64,000 nt of DNA, taken from an uncultured bacterium. Lineage in GTDB: Bacteria; Patescibacteriota; Minisyncoccia; UBA6257; 2-01-FULL-56-20. The stretch is from positions 751,893 to 815,892 of the forward strand of contig OY970126.1 in NCBI GenBank assembly GCA_963705915.1, in the 5' to 3' direction. Below, piece after piece: positions 37,237 to 47,324 of the stretch (position 1 is its first letter; the number at the start of each line of letters is the position of its first letter). The translations under genes were made by a program, and so were the position numbers. The notes below the pieces were generated by a model that did not search any database, was not told where the DNA came from, and saw nothing but the letters and a program-made list of their open reading frames with translations.

Positions 37237-38760
37237 TTATGCGAATCCCGGGAAGAAATCGGTTTTGATTTGCGTGCGAGGGACGCCGAGGCCGCTCAAA
37301 GTTTTTTTGAATTCGCTCACCATGCCGTGCGTGCCGGAAATATAAAATGTCCGCTCGCGAAAATCCGGAACCGTTTTTTCGATAAGCGAAATATCGATAC
37401 GCCCGCGATGTCCGTTGTGCGGCGGGGCGGACTCTCCTGGGTCGGTTACGGCATACATCGTGCGCAGCCCCCATTTCGACTCCGCCTCGTCAAAAATTTC
37501 TTGGTATGCAACTTCGGCGCTGCTGCGATTCGAATAAAAGAGCACTGCGTCGCGATGTTCGCCGCTATCCGAGATATATTTCACCATGCTGCGGATTGGC
37601 GTGATGCCGATACCGCCGGCGATGAGGACAAGTTTTTTATTCGGATCGCGTGGGAGTGTGAAATCTCCGGCGAGTTGTCCTGCAACGATCGATTCGCCCG
37701 GCTTCAAATGCATGAGGCCGAACTTGAAGCTGCTCGATTTTTCATAAAATTTTACACCGAGATGGATATCGGGTTCCGTTGGCGACGAAGCAATCGTAAA
37801 ATATCGCCGGTTGCCGCGGCCGTCGGTTTTGGGATGGTTGAGCGTCCATTCGAGATACTGGCCCGGGCGGAATTGCATCGGCTTGTCGCTTTTGAAAATA
37901 AAATCATCCATATCTTTGCCTACCTCTTGCTTGCTTTGCATGGTGAGGACATATTTTCGTTTGGGGCTCACGAGGTATGAGAAAACATTCCCCGTCACAA
38001 GCGCGAGTTCCGGAATGGAATAAATCGATCCCACGTGGACATAGGGAGAATAGAGCAAGCCGACGAAAGCTCCGTAGAGCATCCGGAGCGTCCGCGTCGG
38101 CGGCGTGGTCACAGGCTCCGTGAGCATTATGAATCCAAAGAAGAACACGGGGGTGTGGAGTGCAAGGCGCGATAGCGTTCCCCAAGGATCGAGTGTCGGT
38201 GCGAGAAAGATGCAGCCGAGTGCTGCGGCACCAAAGAATGCCAGTACAAGATCGAAACGCTGGATTTTGCGCGTGATGAGGAGGCCTCCTATAAGTACGA
38301 AGGCGAGCATCGGTAGATTGCCACCAATCCACCAGCTTGCATAGTGATTGAGTGCAAGGCCGGTTATGACGACGGCAAAGGCCGCAGGATTGAAGATGTG
38401 CTTTTTGCCAATCGCTAAAATATATTTGGACGCCATGGCGATCACGGACGCCCAAACTAAAAGCAAAACTCCGCCAGCCGACGTCGGCATCACGGGGGTT
38501 ATGATGAGCGCGAGGATAAGCGCCGTGATGTAGGCCGACTCGGCATTGGGTTGTGCTTTGAAAGCTTTTGCAAAAATGCCGTTCACCGCCCAGCAGGCGA
38601 CAATCAGGAAAAGCGTCGAGAATGCGATCGAGATCGGATTATAGGGGAGTATACCGAAGAGTCCGAAGACGCCTGCTATGACAAGTAGAATTTCGAGCGT
38701 GTACAAGAGCAGCTTGTACATCGTTATTCTGTTCAGGAGCCGATCAATCCAGGTAATCAT
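37237..38760 (-). CDS. RnfD/NqrB-like membrane domain fused to an FNR-type FAD/NAD oxidoreductase
   Basis: KHIFNPAA, MLTEPVTTP; RYFTIASSP, IAGGIGITP; start at MITWID. Confidence 0.85.
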   Translation of the reverse strand: MITWIDRLLNRITMYKLLLYTLEILLVIAGVFGLFGILPYNPISIAFSTLFLIVACWAVNGIFAKAFKAQPNAESAYITALILALIITPVMPTSAGGVLLLVWASVIAMASKYILAIGKKHIFNPAAFAVVITGLALNHYASWWIGGNLPMLAFVLIGGLLITRKIQRFDLVLAFFGAAALGCIFLAPTLDPWGTLSRLALHTPVFFFGFIMLTEPVTTPPTRTLRMLYGAFVGLLYSPYVHVGSIYSIPELALVTGNVFSYLVSPKRKYVLTMQSKQEVGKDMDDFIFKSDKPMQFRPGQYLEWTLNHPKTDGRGNRRYFTIASSPTEPDIHLGVKFYEKSSSFKFGLMHLKPGESIVAGQLAGDFTLPRDPNKKLVLIAGGIGITPIRSMVKYISDSGEHRDAVLFYSNRSSAEVAYQEIFDEAESKWGLRTMYAVTDPGESAPPHNGHRGRIDISLIEKTVPDFRERTFYISGTHGMVSEFKKTLSGLGVPRTQIKTDFFPGFA

Positions 38761-39508
38761 ATTTCTCGAGGCCGCTCGTTGTGGTTGCGACTCTATTATT
38801 GTCAATCATATATCCTTCGAAGCCCGGGAGGGCTTCTATGAATTGTATGGCGTTTTTCCCCATCGCGAATGCCGCCGTTGCAAAACGGTCGGCTTCGTGA
38901 ATGTTGGGGCCGATCACCGTGAGACTCACGATCTCCTCGATCGGTTTTCCGTTCCGCGGATTATAAATATGGAGCCCGCGGATGTAGGTGCCCGACGTTG
39001 CAACGCCCGGCACGGCGCCCGCAGCATTTGGCGTGAGGCTGAGCACTTTTACATTCTCGGCTGCGTTCCATGGATTTTTTATGCCGACGGTCCATGGCTC
39101 GCCTTCATCATTTTTGCCGTGCGGTTGAACATCGCCACCGGCGTCAACATAAAAATTTTTGAAACCGCGTTTCAATATCAGTTGCGCCGCGTTCCAGATT
39201 GCCCAGCCTTTCACGAGGCCCGAAGGATCGTACCCGCCATTCGGCGTTTTGATATCAAAAAAACCGCCCGTCTCACGCCGGGTTTCGTCTGCCATCGTGA
39301 ATATCAACCTCATCTCTTCGCTCCATGCTGATTCTTTGAGGCGCCCCTCATTGATCGCCGTGATCTCACTCGTCTTTTTATACGTGCTAAATTTTTCGTC
39401 GATATGGTTGAAGTAGTCGTATATTTCGTCGAATATCGCATCGTTCGCATTTGAATCGACAACAGCAACCGTTACCGGCATGCCCATGAGGACGCGAGTT
39501 TGTTTCAT
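38744..39508 (-). CDS. apbE: FAD:protein FMN transferase (ApbE family)
   Basis: MGMPV, DPSGLVKGWA, DAGGD, VATSG, ADRFATA. Confidence 0.9.
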   Translation of the reverse strand: MKQTRVLMGMPVTVAVVDSNANDAIFDEIYDYFNHIDEKFSTYKKTSEITAINEGRLKESAWSEEMRLIFTMADETRRETGGFFDIKTPNGGYDPSGLVKGWAIWNAAQLILKRGFKNFYVDAGGDVQPHGKNDEGEPWTVGIKNPWNAAENVKVLSLTPNAAGAVPGVATSGTYIRGLHIYNPRNGKPIEEIVSLTVIGPNIHEADRFATAAFAMGKNAIQFIEALPGFEGYMIDNNRVATTTSGLEKYDYLD

Positions 39509-39546
39509 GGATGATAATACGCGCAGGCGCGTGCTTCGCCTCGAGG

Positions 39547-40089
39547 CTAGTTTTTTGCCATGGCGAGCGCCGCGGCGAGTGATTGCTGGAAGGCTTGGCT
39601 GTCTTGCGTTGCTCCTGAGACAATATTTACATTCGCGCTTTGCGCGGCGATCGCTTCCTGCTTGAGTTGTGGGAGAGCCATGTTGCTCACATCGGTGGTG
39701 TGTCCTGGCGCGTCGGGGTATTGCAGGAAGGTTACGTCGGTAAGCGCTCCGCCACTCACGACAGCTTCCACTTGGATGGTGCCATAGAACGCGTCTTCTG
39801 CCGGGCCGGTGTAGCTGCCATCCTTATACATGCCAGTCGTGCCGGTGCCAGTACCACTTGTGCCGCTTCCGCTACCAGTGCCGGAGCTACCGGACGATCC
39901 GCCGGTTGAGCTTGAACTTGGCCCTGTGCCTGGAGGAAGGATCGTGGTGTTTGTCGCGTCGTTCGATCCGGTTGATGTTGTGTTCTGATCCGGGGCGGCC
40001 GTTCCGTTGCCATTGCGACTGAAGATGACGTACCCAACAAAAATAGCCACGACGGCTATTGCAAGGAGATATTTCCAGATGGACTTCAT
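39547..40089 (-). CDS. Membrane-anchored FMN-binding (flavinylated) protein
   Basis: TM, Gly/Ser/Thr linker, YKDGSYTG, VSGAT flavinylation motif. Confidence 0.88.
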   Translation of the reverse strand: MKSIWKYLLAIAVVAIFVGYVIFSRNGNGTAAPDQNTTSTGSNDATNTTILPPGTGPSSSSTGGSSGSSGTGSGSGTSGTGTGTTGMYKDGSYTGPAEDAFYGTIQVEAVVSGGALTDVTFLQYPDAPGHTTDVSNMALPQLKQEAIAAQSANVNIVSGATQDSQAFQQSLAAALAMAKN

Positions 40090-40183
40090 ATATATGGAGA
40101 GATATACGACGAAATGCGCTTATTGGTTGCGTATGAGAAGTATTATACCATGCTTCGCAGAGGAGAGGTATAATGGAACGACT

Positions 40184-42145
40184 ATGCACATTGATCCAAA
40201 AGAACTCGGTGTCTCGGCAGATGCCGCGAATAATTTTTTCCGCTACGTGAACGGATCGTGGATCGAGAAAAATGAGATACCCGCCAACGAATCGCTATGG
40301 GGATCGTTTTCGATATTGCGCGTTCAGGTGGAGGAACAACTCAAAAAAATTTTTGATGACTTTGATAAGCCGGTCGCGGACTCCGTTCCGCTCGATGCGA
40401 ATACTCAAAAAGTGAAAGATTTTTATGCATCAGGGATGGATGTCGAAAAACTGAATGCATTGCGCGACCGTCCGCTCGCTGAACTCTTCGCTGCTGTCGA
40501 GGGCATTACAACACTCGATGATCTTGCGAACGTTGTTGGCAAGCTTCATCGTTGCGGCGTGAATGTTCTCTGGTCTTCGGCCGCGTGGCCAGACGCCAAG
40601 AAAAGCGACGTCATGGCGCTCTATATCGGACAAGGCGGCCTCGGTCTTCCTGATCGCGACTACTACCTGAAGAGCGACGAAGCGAGCCTTGCGATACAGA
40701 AAAAATATGCTGATTATGCAACCGGCATCATTTCGAAGACTTCGCTCGTGGCAGCGCGTGAGCCGGCAACTGTTGTGCATACCATCATCGAGATAGAAAA
40801 GACGCTCGCCGAAGCGTCGATGACGCGGGTTGAATTGCGCGATGTTGAAAGGCAATACAACAAAATGACGCAAGTCGAACTCGCCAAGCTAGCGCCGCAG
40901 GTCAACTGGGATGCTTACTATACAGCGGCCGGCATAGCCACGCCGGAATATGTGATTGTCTGCCAGCCAAAGTTCTTCGAAGCGGTCGGCAAACAGTTTG
41001 AAACGACGCCGCTCGAATCGCTCAAATCATATATGCGCTGGCACATCGTGAACGACCTCGCAAATTTTTTGAGCGAAGACTTCGCAACGATGTCGTTCGA
41101 TTTTTATGGACGGACATTCGGTGGCGCGACAGAGATGAAGCCGCGCTGGCGCCGCGTGCTCAATGTGGTGAACACCATGCTCGACGAAGCTGTCGGACAA
41201 ATCTATGTGAAAAACCACTTTAGCGAGAGCGCCAAAGAGCGTATCAAAAACCTCGTTGAGCATCTCACTACAGCATACAAGACTCGCATTGAACGTCTCG
41301 CGTGGATGAGCGTCGAGACGAAAGAGAAAGCGCTCGCAAAGCTTGCCGCCGTGAAGCGCAAGCTCGGTTATCCTGACCGCTGGAAAGACATCGATGCCCT
41401 GCTTATCACCCGGGATGCCTATGCTGAAAATTATATGCGTGGGCATGCTTTTGAATTTGATCGGCAGATGAAGAAGATTGGCAAGCCCGTCGATCCTTTT
41501 GAGTGGTATATGTCGCCGCAGACGGTGAATGCATGTTATGAGCCGCTTCGCAATGAAATTCTTTTTCCCGCCGCGATTCTCCAGCCGCCATTCTTTTATC
41601 CGGATGGCGATGACGGCGTTAACTTCGGCGGCATTGGCACGGTGATCGGACATGAACTTACCCATGGGTTTGATGATCAGGGCGCGTTATTCGATCCGCA
41701 CGGAAATCTTCTCAATTGGTGGACGAAAGAAGACAAAGAACGATTCGACCGTGAAGCGGAGCGCCTTGCTGGGCAATTCGATCGCTACGAGCCGCTGCCC
41801 GGACTCCATGTGAATGGTAAGCTCACGCTCGGAGAAAATATTGCTGACCTTGGAGGATTGCTCATCGCATACGACGGCCTCACGCTTGCCATGAAAGAGC
41901 GGCAGACGGGCCCTATTGATGGCCTCACGGCGTATGAGCGATTCTTTATTAATTACGCCATCACCGAACGCTCAAAAAGCCGCGAAGAATATCTGCGCCT
42001 ACAAGTGCACGTGGATCCCCATTCGCCATCTGAATATCGAGTGAACGGTCCGCTTTCAAATATGACTGAATTCTATGAGGCGTTCCATGTGAAGGCCCAC
42101 GATGCGTTGTGGCGTGAGCCTGATGATCGCGTGAAGATTTGGTAA
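40184..42145 (+). CDS. M13 family metallopeptidase (PepO/neprilysin-like)
   Basis: VNACY, GHELTHGFDDQG, GENIAD, DPHSP. Confidence 0.93.
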   Translation: MHIDPKELGVSADAANNFFRYVNGSWIEKNEIPANESLWGSFSILRVQVEEQLKKIFDDFDKPVADSVPLDANTQKVKDFYASGMDVEKLNALRDRPLAELFAAVEGITTLDDLANVVGKLHRCGVNVLWSSAAWPDAKKSDVMALYIGQGGLGLPDRDYYLKSDEASLAIQKKYADYATGIISKTSLVAAREPATVVHTIIEIEKTLAEASMTRVELRDVERQYNKMTQVELAKLAPQVNWDAYYTAAGIATPEYVIVCQPKFFEAVGKQFETTPLESLKSYMRWHIVNDLANFLSEDFATMSFDFYGRTFGGATEMKPRWRRVLNVVNTMLDEAVGQIYVKNHFSESAKERIKNLVEHLTTAYKTRIERLAWMSVETKEKALAKLAAVKRKLGYPDRWKDIDALLITRDAYAENYMRGHAFEFDRQMKKIGKPVDPFEWYMSPQTVNACYEPLRNEILFPAAILQPPFFYPDGDDGVNFGGIGTVIGHELTHGFDDQGALFDPHGNLLNWWTKEDKERFDREAERLAGQFDRYEPLPGLHVNGKLTLGENIADLGGLLIAYDGLTLAMKERQTGPIDGLTAYERFFINYAITERSKSREEYLRLQVHVDPHSPSEYRVNGPLSNMTEFYEAFHVKAHDALWREPDDRVKIW

Positions 42146-42241
42146 GCGCCATCGCTGCGGCAGAATTTTAGATAGTTTTAATGTGCCGTATGGATAATGG
42201 TTAGTGTCGAAATAAAAAATAATCATTAACCATAATTTCAT

Positions 42242-43372
42242 ATGCAAAAGTTTTTGACTGCCGTGGCGGCAGGGGTAGTTTTGGTCGGTTCGGTTTTCGG
42301 AGCTTTCGGGGTTTTGCAAGCGCAGGCGGCGTATCATTTTGCGAGCTATCTCGGCACGCCGCCGATTCACATTTTCCGATCAGCCCAAAAGGCGCCTGCA
42401 GGCGTGACGCCGCTTGAGATCAAGCACATCTACGATCTGCCGCTCACAGGCGGCGCGAGTACCACGATCGCCCTCATCGAAGCCTATGATTCGCCGACCC
42501 TCGAAAGCGACCTTGCTGTTTTTAATGACATGTATGGATTGGCCGCCTGCACCACAAAAAACGGATGTTTTGAAAAACATCCGATGGCCTCAGGTGTGAA
42601 AACAAATAGTGGTTGGGCGCTTGAGACGGCACTCGACGTTGAATGGGCGCACGCGATAGCGCCGCAGGCAAAAATTTTGGTTGTCGAAGCAAAAACACAG
42701 AGCGGCGCGAATCTCTTGAGCGCCGTCGATTACGCCGCCTCACGGAGCGATGTCGTTGCGATTTCGATGAGTTGGGGCGGCCCGGAATTTCCTGAAGAGA
42801 CTTCGCTCGACAGCCATTTCACGAGTTCTCATGGCGCTGCGTTCTTTGCATCGTCCGGAGACCAAGGCACCGGCGCCAATTGGCCGGCGGCATCGCCGAA
42901 CGTGATCGGCGTCGGCGGAACGTCACTCGAATTATTCAAGAACGGTTCGCTCATTTCCGAATCGGCATGGTCGGGGAGCGGCGGCGGGGTGAGTGCCTAT
43001 GAGCCGGAGCCGTCGTATCAGCACGCCTATAGCATTCCAAAAGCCGGCGGCCATCGTGCAATTCCGGATGTCGCGTATAATGCCGATCCGCAATCGGGCT
43101 ACTCGGTATACAAATCGAGCGGTTCGTCGAAGAACGGTTGGTACGTGGTTGGCGGCACGTCTGCCGGTGCGCCACAATGGGCTGCGATCTATGCGCTCGG
43201 GCGCTCGGCCACACTCACCAACATCTACAACGACAAGGCGTCGACAAGCACCCTGCACTATTTCCGCGACATCATGAGCGGCACAAACGGTTCCTGCATC
43301 TATTATTGCGATGCGCGAAAACATTATGACTATGTGACCGGCCTCGGCGCGCCGCTCACGGTGCACTTCTAG
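42242..43372 (+). CDS. Secreted S53 family (sedolisin-like) peptidase
   Basis: ETALDVE, SSGD, GGTSAGAP, YDYVTGLG. Confidence 0.9.
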   Translation: MQKFLTAVAAGVVLVGSVFGAFGVLQAQAAYHFASYLGTPPIHIFRSAQKAPAGVTPLEIKHIYDLPLTGGASTTIALIEAYDSPTLESDLAVFNDMYGLAACTTKNGCFEKHPMASGVKTNSGWALETALDVEWAHAIAPQAKILVVEAKTQSGANLLSAVDYAASRSDVVAISMSWGGPEFPEETSLDSHFTSSHGAAFFASSGDQGTGANWPAASPNVIGVGGTSLELFKNGSLISESAWSGSGGGVSAYEPEPSYQHAYSIPKAGGHRAIPDVAYNADPQSGYSVYKSSGSSKNGWYVVGGTSAGAPQWAAIYALGRSATLTNIYNDKASTSTLHYFRDIMSGTNGSCIYYCDARKHYDYVTGLGAPLTVHF

Positions 43373-43443
43373 GTGCACCGCGCAGCCTCAGCGGCGCTCA
43401 AAAAATTATTAAATTTTCATTAAAAAATATTTGACGTACGATT

Positions 43444-43962
43444 ATGGATGACTACGATGAAATTATGCGGAACGAAATGCTGGATGCCATCGAAAATTTG
43501 GCGCTCATGGTGAATCGCGAATTTATAGCGATCCGCGAAGATATCCATGCTCAAGCGCAGCAATTTAGGGATGATATGCGTGCCCAGGGGGAACAGCTCA
43601 GGTTCGAAATGAAGGAACAGGGCGAGCAATTGAGGCTCGAGATGAAGGAGCAGAGCGAGCAATCGAGGCTGGAAATGAAAGAGCAGGGCGAGCAAATTCG
43701 TATTGAGATGAGAGAAGGCAACGAGCAGCTTAGACTAGAAATGAAAGGGCAATTAGAAAACGTGCAAAACGGAATCCATGCCGAGATACGTGGAATGCGG
43801 GGCGAGCTTCGCGATGAAATCCAGCAAACCCGTGAAGATTTGCACGATGAAGTTGAAGATTTGCGGCAAGAAACGCGCGCCGGTTTCGCCGCGATAACAG
43901 GTATTATTACGAACCACGAATACCGACTCGAGCGAGTCGAGAAAAAGACAGGTATTTCATAG
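43444..43962 (+). CDS. Coiled-coil protein with 11-aa tandem repeats (EMKEQGEQLRL)
   Basis: About five 33-bp tandem units near 43585-43755. Confidence 0.75.
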   Translation: MDDYDEIMRNEMLDAIENLALMVNREFIAIREDIHAQAQQFRDDMRAQGEQLRFEMKEQGEQLRLEMKEQSEQSRLEMKEQGEQIRIEMREGNEQLRLEMKGQLENVQNGIHAEIRGMRGELRDEIQQTREDLHDEVEDLRQETRAGFAAITGIITNHEYRLERVEKKTGIS

Positions 43963-44024
43963 CATATAGGGGATGTGGAGGGCTCGCGGTGCGGCAAAAA
44001 ATTTGCTACAATAAGAGGTATCCA

Positions 44025-46076
44025 ATGGCCGAAAAAAAATCCAAAAATCAGGGCAGCGCGTCATACGGTGCCAAGGACATCTATGTGCTTGAAGGCCTCG
44101 AGCCGGTGCGTAAGCGCCCCGGTATGTACATCGGTTCAACCGGTTCGATTGGGTTACACCATCTGATTTGGGAAGTTGTCGACAACTCAATCGACGAAGC
44201 GATGGCGGGTTTTGCAAAGAGCATCACTGTTGAGCTTCTGCCGGGGAATAGAGTCGCCGTCACGGACGACGGCCGCGGTATTCCGGTGGACGTCCACAAG
44301 CAGACAAAAAAATCCGCGCTCGAAACCGTACTCACAACGCTCCATGCCGGCGGAAAATTTGGCGGTGATTCATATAAGGTCTCCGGTGGTTTGCACGGCG
44401 TCGGCGTTTCCGTGGTGAACGCGCTTTCCGAATGGACAAAAGTTGAAGTTGAACGCGACGGCGGTCTTTATGTGCAGGAATATGAGCGCGGCAAACCGAA
44501 ATATAAGGTAAAAAAAGTTGGCGCCTCAAAACGTCATGGCACCAAAGTGACGTTCCAGCCTGATCCTCAGATTTTTTCCGAGCTCGAGTTCAACGACAAG
44601 ACGATCATTGAGCACTTGCGTCAGCAGGCCTATCTCACGAAAGGCGTGCGGATAGACATCATCGACCGCCGGCCAAAGGTGCCTCTTTTTTACGGATTCT
44701 ATTTTGAAGGCGGCGTATTGTCGTTTGTGAAATTCCTCGCGCAGAAAAAGAACGCACTCCATGAAGATATTTTTTATGTCGAAAAAGAGAACCAAAACAT
44801 CGACGTTGAATGTGCGTTTATGTATGTCGATGATACGCGGACACAAGAAATGAGTTTCGCAAACAACATCTATACGCCGGAGGGCGGCATGCACCTCACG
44901 GGCTTCCGCTCGGCGATCACCCGATCGCTCAATAACTACGCACGCGCCGAAGGCTATCTCAAAGAAAAGGAAGAAAACTTTACAAGCGACGACGTCCGTG
45001 AGGGACAGATCGTCGTCCTCTCGGTGAAGCTCCGTGAGCCGCAGTTCGAAGGGCAGACCAAGGCAAAACTCGGTAATCCGGAAGCCCGCACGGCAGTCGA
45101 AGCGGTGATGAACGAAGCGCTCAAGGAATTTTTGGAAAAACATCCTCAAGAAGCGAAGGGCATTATTGCAAAGGTTTTACTTACCGCAAAAGCTCGTCTT
45201 GCCGCAAAAGCCGCCCGCGAAACGGTTTTGCGCAAAGGCGCTTTTGAGGGTTTGACGCTGCCGGGTAAACTTGCTGATTGCACGTCAAAGATTGCTGCCG
45301 AATCGGAGCTTTTCATCGTGGAGGGCGATTCCGCCGGTGGCACGGCAAAGCAGGGGAGGAACCGGCACACGCAAGCGATATTACCTTTGCGCGGTAAGCC
45401 GCTCAACGTCGAACGGGTTCATCTCGATAAGATGTTGGCTAATGCGGAAATCCGATCGCTCGTAATCGCGATCGGTACGGCGATCGGCGAGGAGTTCAGC
45501 ATGGAGAAGCTGCGCTACCATAAAATTGTGATCATGACCGATGCCGACGTTGACGGCGCACACATTCGCACGTTGCTCCTCACACTCTTTTATCGCTACT
45601 TCCGCGCGGTTGTTGATGGCGGCTACATCTATATTGCCCAACCGCCGCTCTATAAAGTTCAACTCGGCAAGGCATTCAAGTATGCGTTTTCTGATAATGA
45701 AAAAGATAAAGCGATCGCAGAACTCCAAAAGAATGCGCCGGTGCGTGCGGTAAAGGGCAAGAAAAAAACCGAAGAGGTTGCAGAAGAATCTGCCGAAGCA
45801 AACGCCGATGGTGAAAATTTGGTGGAAGAAGGAACCGTTTCGAACGACGGCAAACGCATGCCGAATGTGCAGCGCTATAAAGGTCTCGGCGAAATGAACG
45901 CCGAGCAGCTTTGGGCAACAACGATGAATCCGGAAAACCGCATCATGAAGCAGGTAACGATTGAAGACGCCGAAGCGGCCGACAAACTTTTCGACATTTT
46001 GATGGGCGACGCCGTTGAGCCGCGCAAGAACTTCATCCAAGCGCACGCCGCGACGGTGCAGAATCTTGACATCTAA
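44025..46076 (+). CDS. gyrB: DNA gyrase subunit B
   Basis: VRKRPGMYIG, EGDSAGG, PLRGK, MTDADVDG, QRYKGLGEM. Confidence 0.95.
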   Translation: MAEKKSKNQGSASYGAKDIYVLEGLEPVRKRPGMYIGSTGSIGLHHLIWEVVDNSIDEAMAGFAKSITVELLPGNRVAVTDDGRGIPVDVHKQTKKSALETVLTTLHAGGKFGGDSYKVSGGLHGVGVSVVNALSEWTKVEVERDGGLYVQEYERGKPKYKVKKVGASKRHGTKVTFQPDPQIFSELEFNDKTIIEHLRQQAYLTKGVRIDIIDRRPKVPLFYGFYFEGGVLSFVKFLAQKKNALHEDIFYVEKENQNIDVECAFMYVDDTRTQEMSFANNIYTPEGGMHLTGFRSAITRSLNNYARAEGYLKEKEENFTSDDVREGQIVVLSVKLREPQFEGQTKAKLGNPEARTAVEAVMNEALKEFLEKHPQEAKGIIAKVLLTAKARLAAKAARETVLRKGAFEGLTLPGKLADCTSKIAAESELFIVEGDSAGGTAKQGRNRHTQAILPLRGKPLNVERVHLDKMLANAEIRSLVIAIGTAIGEEFSMEKLRYHKIVIMTDADVDGAHIRTLLLTLFYRYFRAVVDGGYIYIAQPPLYKVQLGKAFKYAFSDNEKDKAIAELQKNAPVRAVKGKKKTEEVAEESAEANADGENLVEEGTVSNDGKRMPNVQRYKGLGEMNAEQLWATTMNPENRIMKQVTIEDAEAADKLFDILMGDAVEPRKNFIQAHAATVQNLDI

Positions 46077-46183
46077 TGCGGTGCCGCGTATTATTTTACT
46101 ATCTCCAAAACCGCGAGTATAGCGGTCTTTTATTTATTAAAAGACATTGCCCGCGGAGAAAAAGAGGAGTATACTAGAACGCA

Positions 46184-46375
46184 ATGTTCGATCGCATAAA
46201 ACATTTTTTCATTGAATCGCGCAATGAGTTGCGCCACGTGAACTGGCCGACGCGGCAGGAAGCTATCCGCCTCACAGGCATCGTGATCGCGATTTCGCTT
46301 TCGCTCGCGGTATTTTTGGGCGCGTGCGATTATCTTTTCACCTATATCATCAAAACATTCGTCGTCGGCGCGTAA
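46184..46375 (+). CDS. secE: Preprotein translocase subunit SecE
   Basis: ELRHVNWPTR followed by TM; precedes nusG. Confidence 0.92.
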   Translation: MFDRIKHFFIESRNELRHVNWPTRQEAIRLTGIVIAISLSLAVFLGACDYLFTYIIKTFVVGA

Positions 46376-46392
46376 TTAAAATATCTTTTCTC

Positions 46393-46962
46393 ATGGCAAT
46401 CGCTCCTCATCATGGTACACCGAATGACAAGCCGCAGATCCGACAATGGTATGCGGTGCAAACGTATTCGGGTTACGAAGAGGCCGTTGCGCGCTATCTG
46501 AAACAGCGCGTCGAGTCGCTTACCATGGGGGATAAGATCTTCAACGTGCTCGTGCCCAAAGAAAAAACGATCAAAGTGAAAGGCGGCAAGCGACAGACGG
46601 TTGAAGAAAAAATTTATCCTGGGTACGTACTCGTCGAAATGATTCTTACCGAGGATTCGTGGTATGTGGTGCGCAACACGCCCCGCGTGACCGGCTTCGT
46701 TGGTCCCGACAATACAACGCCAACCCCGCTTTCCAAGGACGAGGTCGATCTTCTCCTCGCACGCACCGGCCGCGATGAAAGCAAGATGACGCTTGACCTC
46801 AAGGTGGGCGATCTGGTAAAAATAACCGACGGTCCGTTCAAGGAATATGACGGCAAAGTGGCTGAAGTAAACGAAGAGAAGGGCAGCGTCAAAGTGCTCG
46901 TTCCGATCTTTGGCCGTGATACCGCCGTCGAGCTCGATTCATTGCAAGTACGAAAAGTTTAA
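46393..46962 (+). CDS. nusG: Transcription antitermination factor NusG
   Basis: WYAVQTYSGYE, YPGYVLVEM, KOW GPF, IFGRDTAVEL. Confidence 0.96.
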   Translation: MAIAPHHGTPNDKPQIRQWYAVQTYSGYEEAVARYLKQRVESLTMGDKIFNVLVPKEKTIKVKGGKRQTVEEKIYPGYVLVEMILTEDSWYVVRNTPRVTGFVGPDNTTPTPLSKDEVDLLLARTGRDESKMTLDLKVGDLVKITDGPFKEYDGKVAEVNEEKGSVKVLVPIFGRDTAVELDSLQVRKV

Positions 46963-46974
46963 TCTCATTAAAAA

Positions 46975-47178
46975 ATGGCCCAACAGTGCTTTTTCTGCTC
47001 ACAAAACTTAAAGAATATTGATTATAAGGAGATCGAATTGATCCGGCGTTTTGCTTCGAGCCAAGCGAAGATCATCGATCCGCGTCATACAAGCGTCTGC
47101 GCAAAGCATCAGCGCAAATTGGCGCTCGCCATCAAGCGGGCTCGGTTCATGGGGTTGCTTCCATACGTCCGAAAATAG
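46975..47178 (+). CDS. rpsR: 30S ribosomal protein S18
   Basis: CFFC..IDYK, CAKHQRKL..AIKRAR, LLPY. Confidence 0.95.
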   Translation: MAQQCFFCSQNLKNIDYKEIELIRRFASSQAKIIDPRHTSVCAKHQRKLALAIKRARFMGLLPYVRK

Positions 47179-47299
47179 CCTTTCTGAAACATTTTTGTTT
47201 TTCGGGTACGGCGTCACGCGCTACTGCGCGTGCGCCTCACCTCTCGCCGCCTTCGCGGCTCCGAGAGCCCCTCAAACCTAAAAATGTTTTCAGAAAGGC
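47178..47299. repeat. 122-bp element with about 18-bp terminal inverted repeats and internal hairpins
   Basis: GCCTTTCTGAAACATTTT ... AAAATGTTTTCAGAAAGGC. Confidence 0.7.
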
Positions 47300-47324
47300 A
47301 CTCTTTGCGGTAGAATGAAAGACA

